64,000 nt of DNA, taken from NCBI RefSeq assembly GCF_009914755.1, contig NC_060945.1, one strand, 5' to 3'. The position numbers and the translations under genes are program-made. Below, piece by piece: positions 60,542 through 64,000 of this stretch. The DNA is from the human T2T-CHM13v2.0 reference genome, Homo sapiens. The notes below the pieces were generated by a model. The model was not told where the DNA came from, did no database searches, and saw only the letters and a list, made by a program, of their open reading frames with translations. Position 1 is the stretch's first letter, and each line of letters opens with the position of its first letter.

Positions 60542-61028
60542 TGTTGCGGAGTGGGGCTCCTACCCTGGGGTTTTGGTGAGAGCAGAACACATGACCACAT
60601 AACTCTGGACAGGTAGGTTGACAGCAGTTTATTAGGCACTAATAACTCACAGCCTTCTGGAGGAGGATGCCACATGCATGCAGGGCCACAGAGGACTTGT
60701 GCCCAGGAATAGAATAACAACCAGGGGTTGTGAGAGGCAGGCTTTGCAGAATCAAGAGACTGAGATTTCCTCTGGTTTCTGCAGGAGAATGTGAAGAGCT
60801 TGCTTTAGTGACACTGTGGGCTGACAGGGAGCCAAAAACTGCTACTTGGCAATAAGCTGGAACTGTGCCTGATTGCCCTGGTGAGGAGAGTCGTTTGGCT
60901 AGAAGACCTTATCCATGGAAGCAGAGTGGAGAGGGAAACTTGTGGTTAAGCTATCCTAGGCCCTTCCAATTTTACCAGATGTCAACACAGCACATGTATT
61001 GAGCTTTCCTTTTAGGCCATACGTCACA
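60542..61028 (-). mobile_element. ERVL solo LTR (LTR53/LTR47-like)
   Basis: Reverse complement tgtgacgtatggcctaaaaggaaagctcaatacatgtgctgtgttgacatctggtaaaa; aataaa; TG..CA termini. Confidence 0.7.
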
Positions 61029-61661
61029 CAAGTTTATGATGGCACATCTGTCCCATAATCCCACTGGACATCATAAACAGCTCTCACCATAAGTGGCACA
61101 ACAGAGGCTATTGGTGGAACCAGATTATTCAAGTCATAATAATCAAGTTAGCATCCAGGATCCATCTGCTTTTCTCGTAAGCGAAGCATGGTTGCTGGCA
61201 ATTAATTTTCCTCATTGAATCATTAGTTTTATTAATAATGTTTGATATTTGTTATGGAAGAGATTTGGGGGTATTCTATAGCTTTCTATTACACATGATC
61301 AATTAAAATTGGCAAAAGACATAAGTATTCACTGTCTAACCATAGGTCAGCTATAGCAAAATCCTCTATTCTGATATCTATTTCAATTATGAATCTATGT
61401 ACAGATATTTTTCTGATTTTCTAAATTTTCCTTTCATCGTAGCTATTACTTTCTACCACACAATTACCACACCTTGCATTTTGACTTTCAGCCCTCTATT
61501 AGTACTTCATGTCCTTCTACAGACATTGCAGGTCATCATGTCCCAGTTTCTGATTCTCCCATCAGGCTGTATTACCTTCCTTATACCATTCAGTTGCATT
61601 CGTTTTAGAAGCTTTGGCTCCTCTGCTGAAAATCAGCAATTATATTCTCCAACTTCTGCTT

Positions 61662-61767
61662 AAAATATATATATATTTATATATTTTAATTGTCAAATAA
61701 AAATTGTGTGTCTTTATGGTATACAGCATGATGTTTTGATATATGTATACATTGTGGAATGGTTAAA
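61662..61767 (-). mobile_element. Short L1MA 3' tip with TSD
   Basis: aaataaaaattgtgtgtctttatggtatacagcatgatgttttgatatatgtatacattgtggaatggttaaa; TSD tccaacttct at 61648 and 61768. Confidence 0.85.
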
Positions 61768-62929
61768 TCCAACTTCTATTTTTAACATGATCTCCAGAAA
61801 TTTTCAACAGAACTTTCCCTACAACTAACCAAGAATAATTTATTTAATATCCTTGCATCACAATTTTGTCCGAACTGCTCTCTCCAAGCTTTCTCTTATG
61901 CAAAATTGCCTTTGACATATTGATATGAGGATGTGGCGGTCACTCCTGCTTCTAACACCCCTGTGCAATAGGCTCTTCACTCTACAAGCATCAGTGGTCT
62001 TTAGTTAAAACTGACAAACTAAACAAAACATGCTTCATCTAGTATCAATTTTTTTATTTATTTATCTTATGAAAGCATGTAGACTAGGAAGAAAAATGCG
62101 CTATCCATAACAACAGTGTATTGTAATTTCTGTAATTTTCAAACAAAGTTTCCAAATGTTCCCAAATTACTAAGGTTGGGACACACATCATCAAGAGGGA
62201 AACTGAGTGGGCTCCCAGAGATCAACACAGAGAACTCAAGAGACATTTTGGTTTTTGAACCTCACTAGTTATGAAGTCTTTCAGGAATACTGACTATCTC
62301 CTATTTTCTGATGCAGATGTATATTATTAATATGAGTGATATATCATCTGATTAATACAATTTGCAACAATGAGCACATGTTTATAGTAACCTAGACCAG
62401 ATTCTTACTTATCTTAGATCCCTTAATTAAGAGTTGAAAGAAATGTGTTATCAAGGACCTAATTTTTAGGCATCGCTAAGAAGAAACATAAAAGTATCAG
62501 AAATATTTGTTAGTCACTTCCCTCCTATAATTTGTTTGGCAGTTTTTAATCTTATTTTTGTTGCTTAAGAATTTCCTAAAATAAAATTAAATATACATAT
62601 ATGTTTTCCCTGAATAATTCTGTCTGAAACTCAATAAAATCTTTCAATCTGCTATTCAAATCTATTATTCACCCAAAAACCAATCAGAAAACACATCTGG
62701 TACTTTTTTGTACTCATTGCCTCTTCCCATCTGACTTATTTTCTTTCTTGATCTTTCAATACTCACATATTAGATCTATAATACCACTTGTTTTCCAATT
62801 ATTTCCTCTACACCATTGCCTCTTTTTGTATTTTTACTTCAAATTATTTCTTTTGTTTGGTTTTCATCTCTTTATTCAGATCTCAACACTGGCCATTTCC
62901 TTAGTTCATCTACAAAAATCTCCTTCCAT

Positions 62930-63238
62930 GATTTATTTATTTATTTATTTATTTTTAGAGCTGGAGCCTTGCTCTGTTGCCCAGGCTGGGGTATAATAGT
63001 GTGATCTCGGCTCACTGCAACCTCCACTTCTGGGGTTCAAGCAATTCTCCCGCCTCAGCTTCCCAAGTAGCTAGGACTGCAGGCGCACACCACCACATCT
63101 GGCTAATTTTTGTACTTTTAGTAGAGATGGGGTTTTAACCATGTTGGCCAGGCTGGTCTCAAGCTCCTGACCTCGTGATCCACCCACTTCAGCCTCCCAA
63201 AGTGCTGGGAGTACAGCTGTGAGCCACTGCACCTGGCC
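62930..63238 (-). mobile_element. AluS
   Basis: Full antisense Alu with a (TTTA)n head; TSD-like ccttccatgattt/cctttcatgattt. Confidence 0.93.
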
Positions 63239-64000
63239 TTCCTTTCATGATTTATTAACCTACGCTTGATGAAATTGATCTGTTACTTCAAGGAAAGCTC
63301 AAATAGTCAGCATCTGCCTGTAATTGTGAGAGACCTAATTCTGAAGTCTGTAATTCAGGATCTTTCCAGAGCCTCCCGTAGAGCTTGTTGCTACATCTCC
63401 CCAGGTTCCCCTCTGGCCCAGAGAAGATAGTTTCTGCACTGATCTTCTTTTTCAAAGCTTTTCCTTATCACTAAACTCAATGAAACAGTCATCTGGCTTC
63501 AGAGACTTCCTCTGTTTCATGCAGAAAAGTGATTATTAAGTGATGTGTGCCTTAAAGAGAATTTTATATCTCTCCTTTTATTTACAAAGTATAAGAACAG
63601 TGATAGATGTTGTTTGTTATTGTTGCCTTTTTGTAATTTACATCCTTGGGCCTTTTATTTTCTCTCCTTAAACATCATGTATTTACATCAAGTAAAACCA
63701 GGCACCAACCTTGAGACAGTATTGTAACATAATATTTAATATTTAATTTAGGGAATATGAAAAGAATCTCCACCAAAATCTCAGTCACTAGTTGACCTAA
63801 TGGACACAATTATCTTAAGAAGCTAACTTGATCAATTATTTAACCATATCACTCTTTTTATAGATAGCTGAGGTATGGCATTTTAATAATTAATCAGGAA
63901 GGATACATATAATTTAATATCTATTTTGGAAAAAGCTTTCATATGGGTCTAAAGATCATTAAGCAATAAAATTTAAGTTGAGTTGGTACAACATAAATAC

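Overview
This is AT-rich primate genomic DNA, most likely human (AluY, L1PA and THE1A are present), and it looks intergenic or deep-intronic. I see no supportable protein-coding exon, RNA gene or CpG island. The ORF-track hits I could attribute come from Alu, L1, LTR or microsatellite sequence, and the rest are short and resemble nothing I recognise. The window holds about 18 Alus, L1 fragments of many ages, about 11 solo or partial LTRs (MaLR, LTR8-like, MER50, MER34, LTR40, LTR27-like, LTR53-like) and L2/MIR remnants. It also contains one decayed class-I ERV provirus (41.4-43.6 kb) with readable RT, RNase H and env-TM motifs and a 3' LTR. The most notable items are: (1) an unexplained GC-richer ~860 bp block at 8.75-9.61 kb that ends in AATAAA on the minus strand and is fused to a truncated AluJ (candidate retrocopy or chimera); (2) three independent 5'-inverted (twin-primed) L1 insertions; (3) nested insertions that keep their target-site duplications (TSDs); (4) a few motif clusters that could be enhancers. 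I did not find convincing evidence of a new biological system. Repeat subfamily names come from recalled consensus sequences and should be confirmed with RepeatMasker/Dfam.
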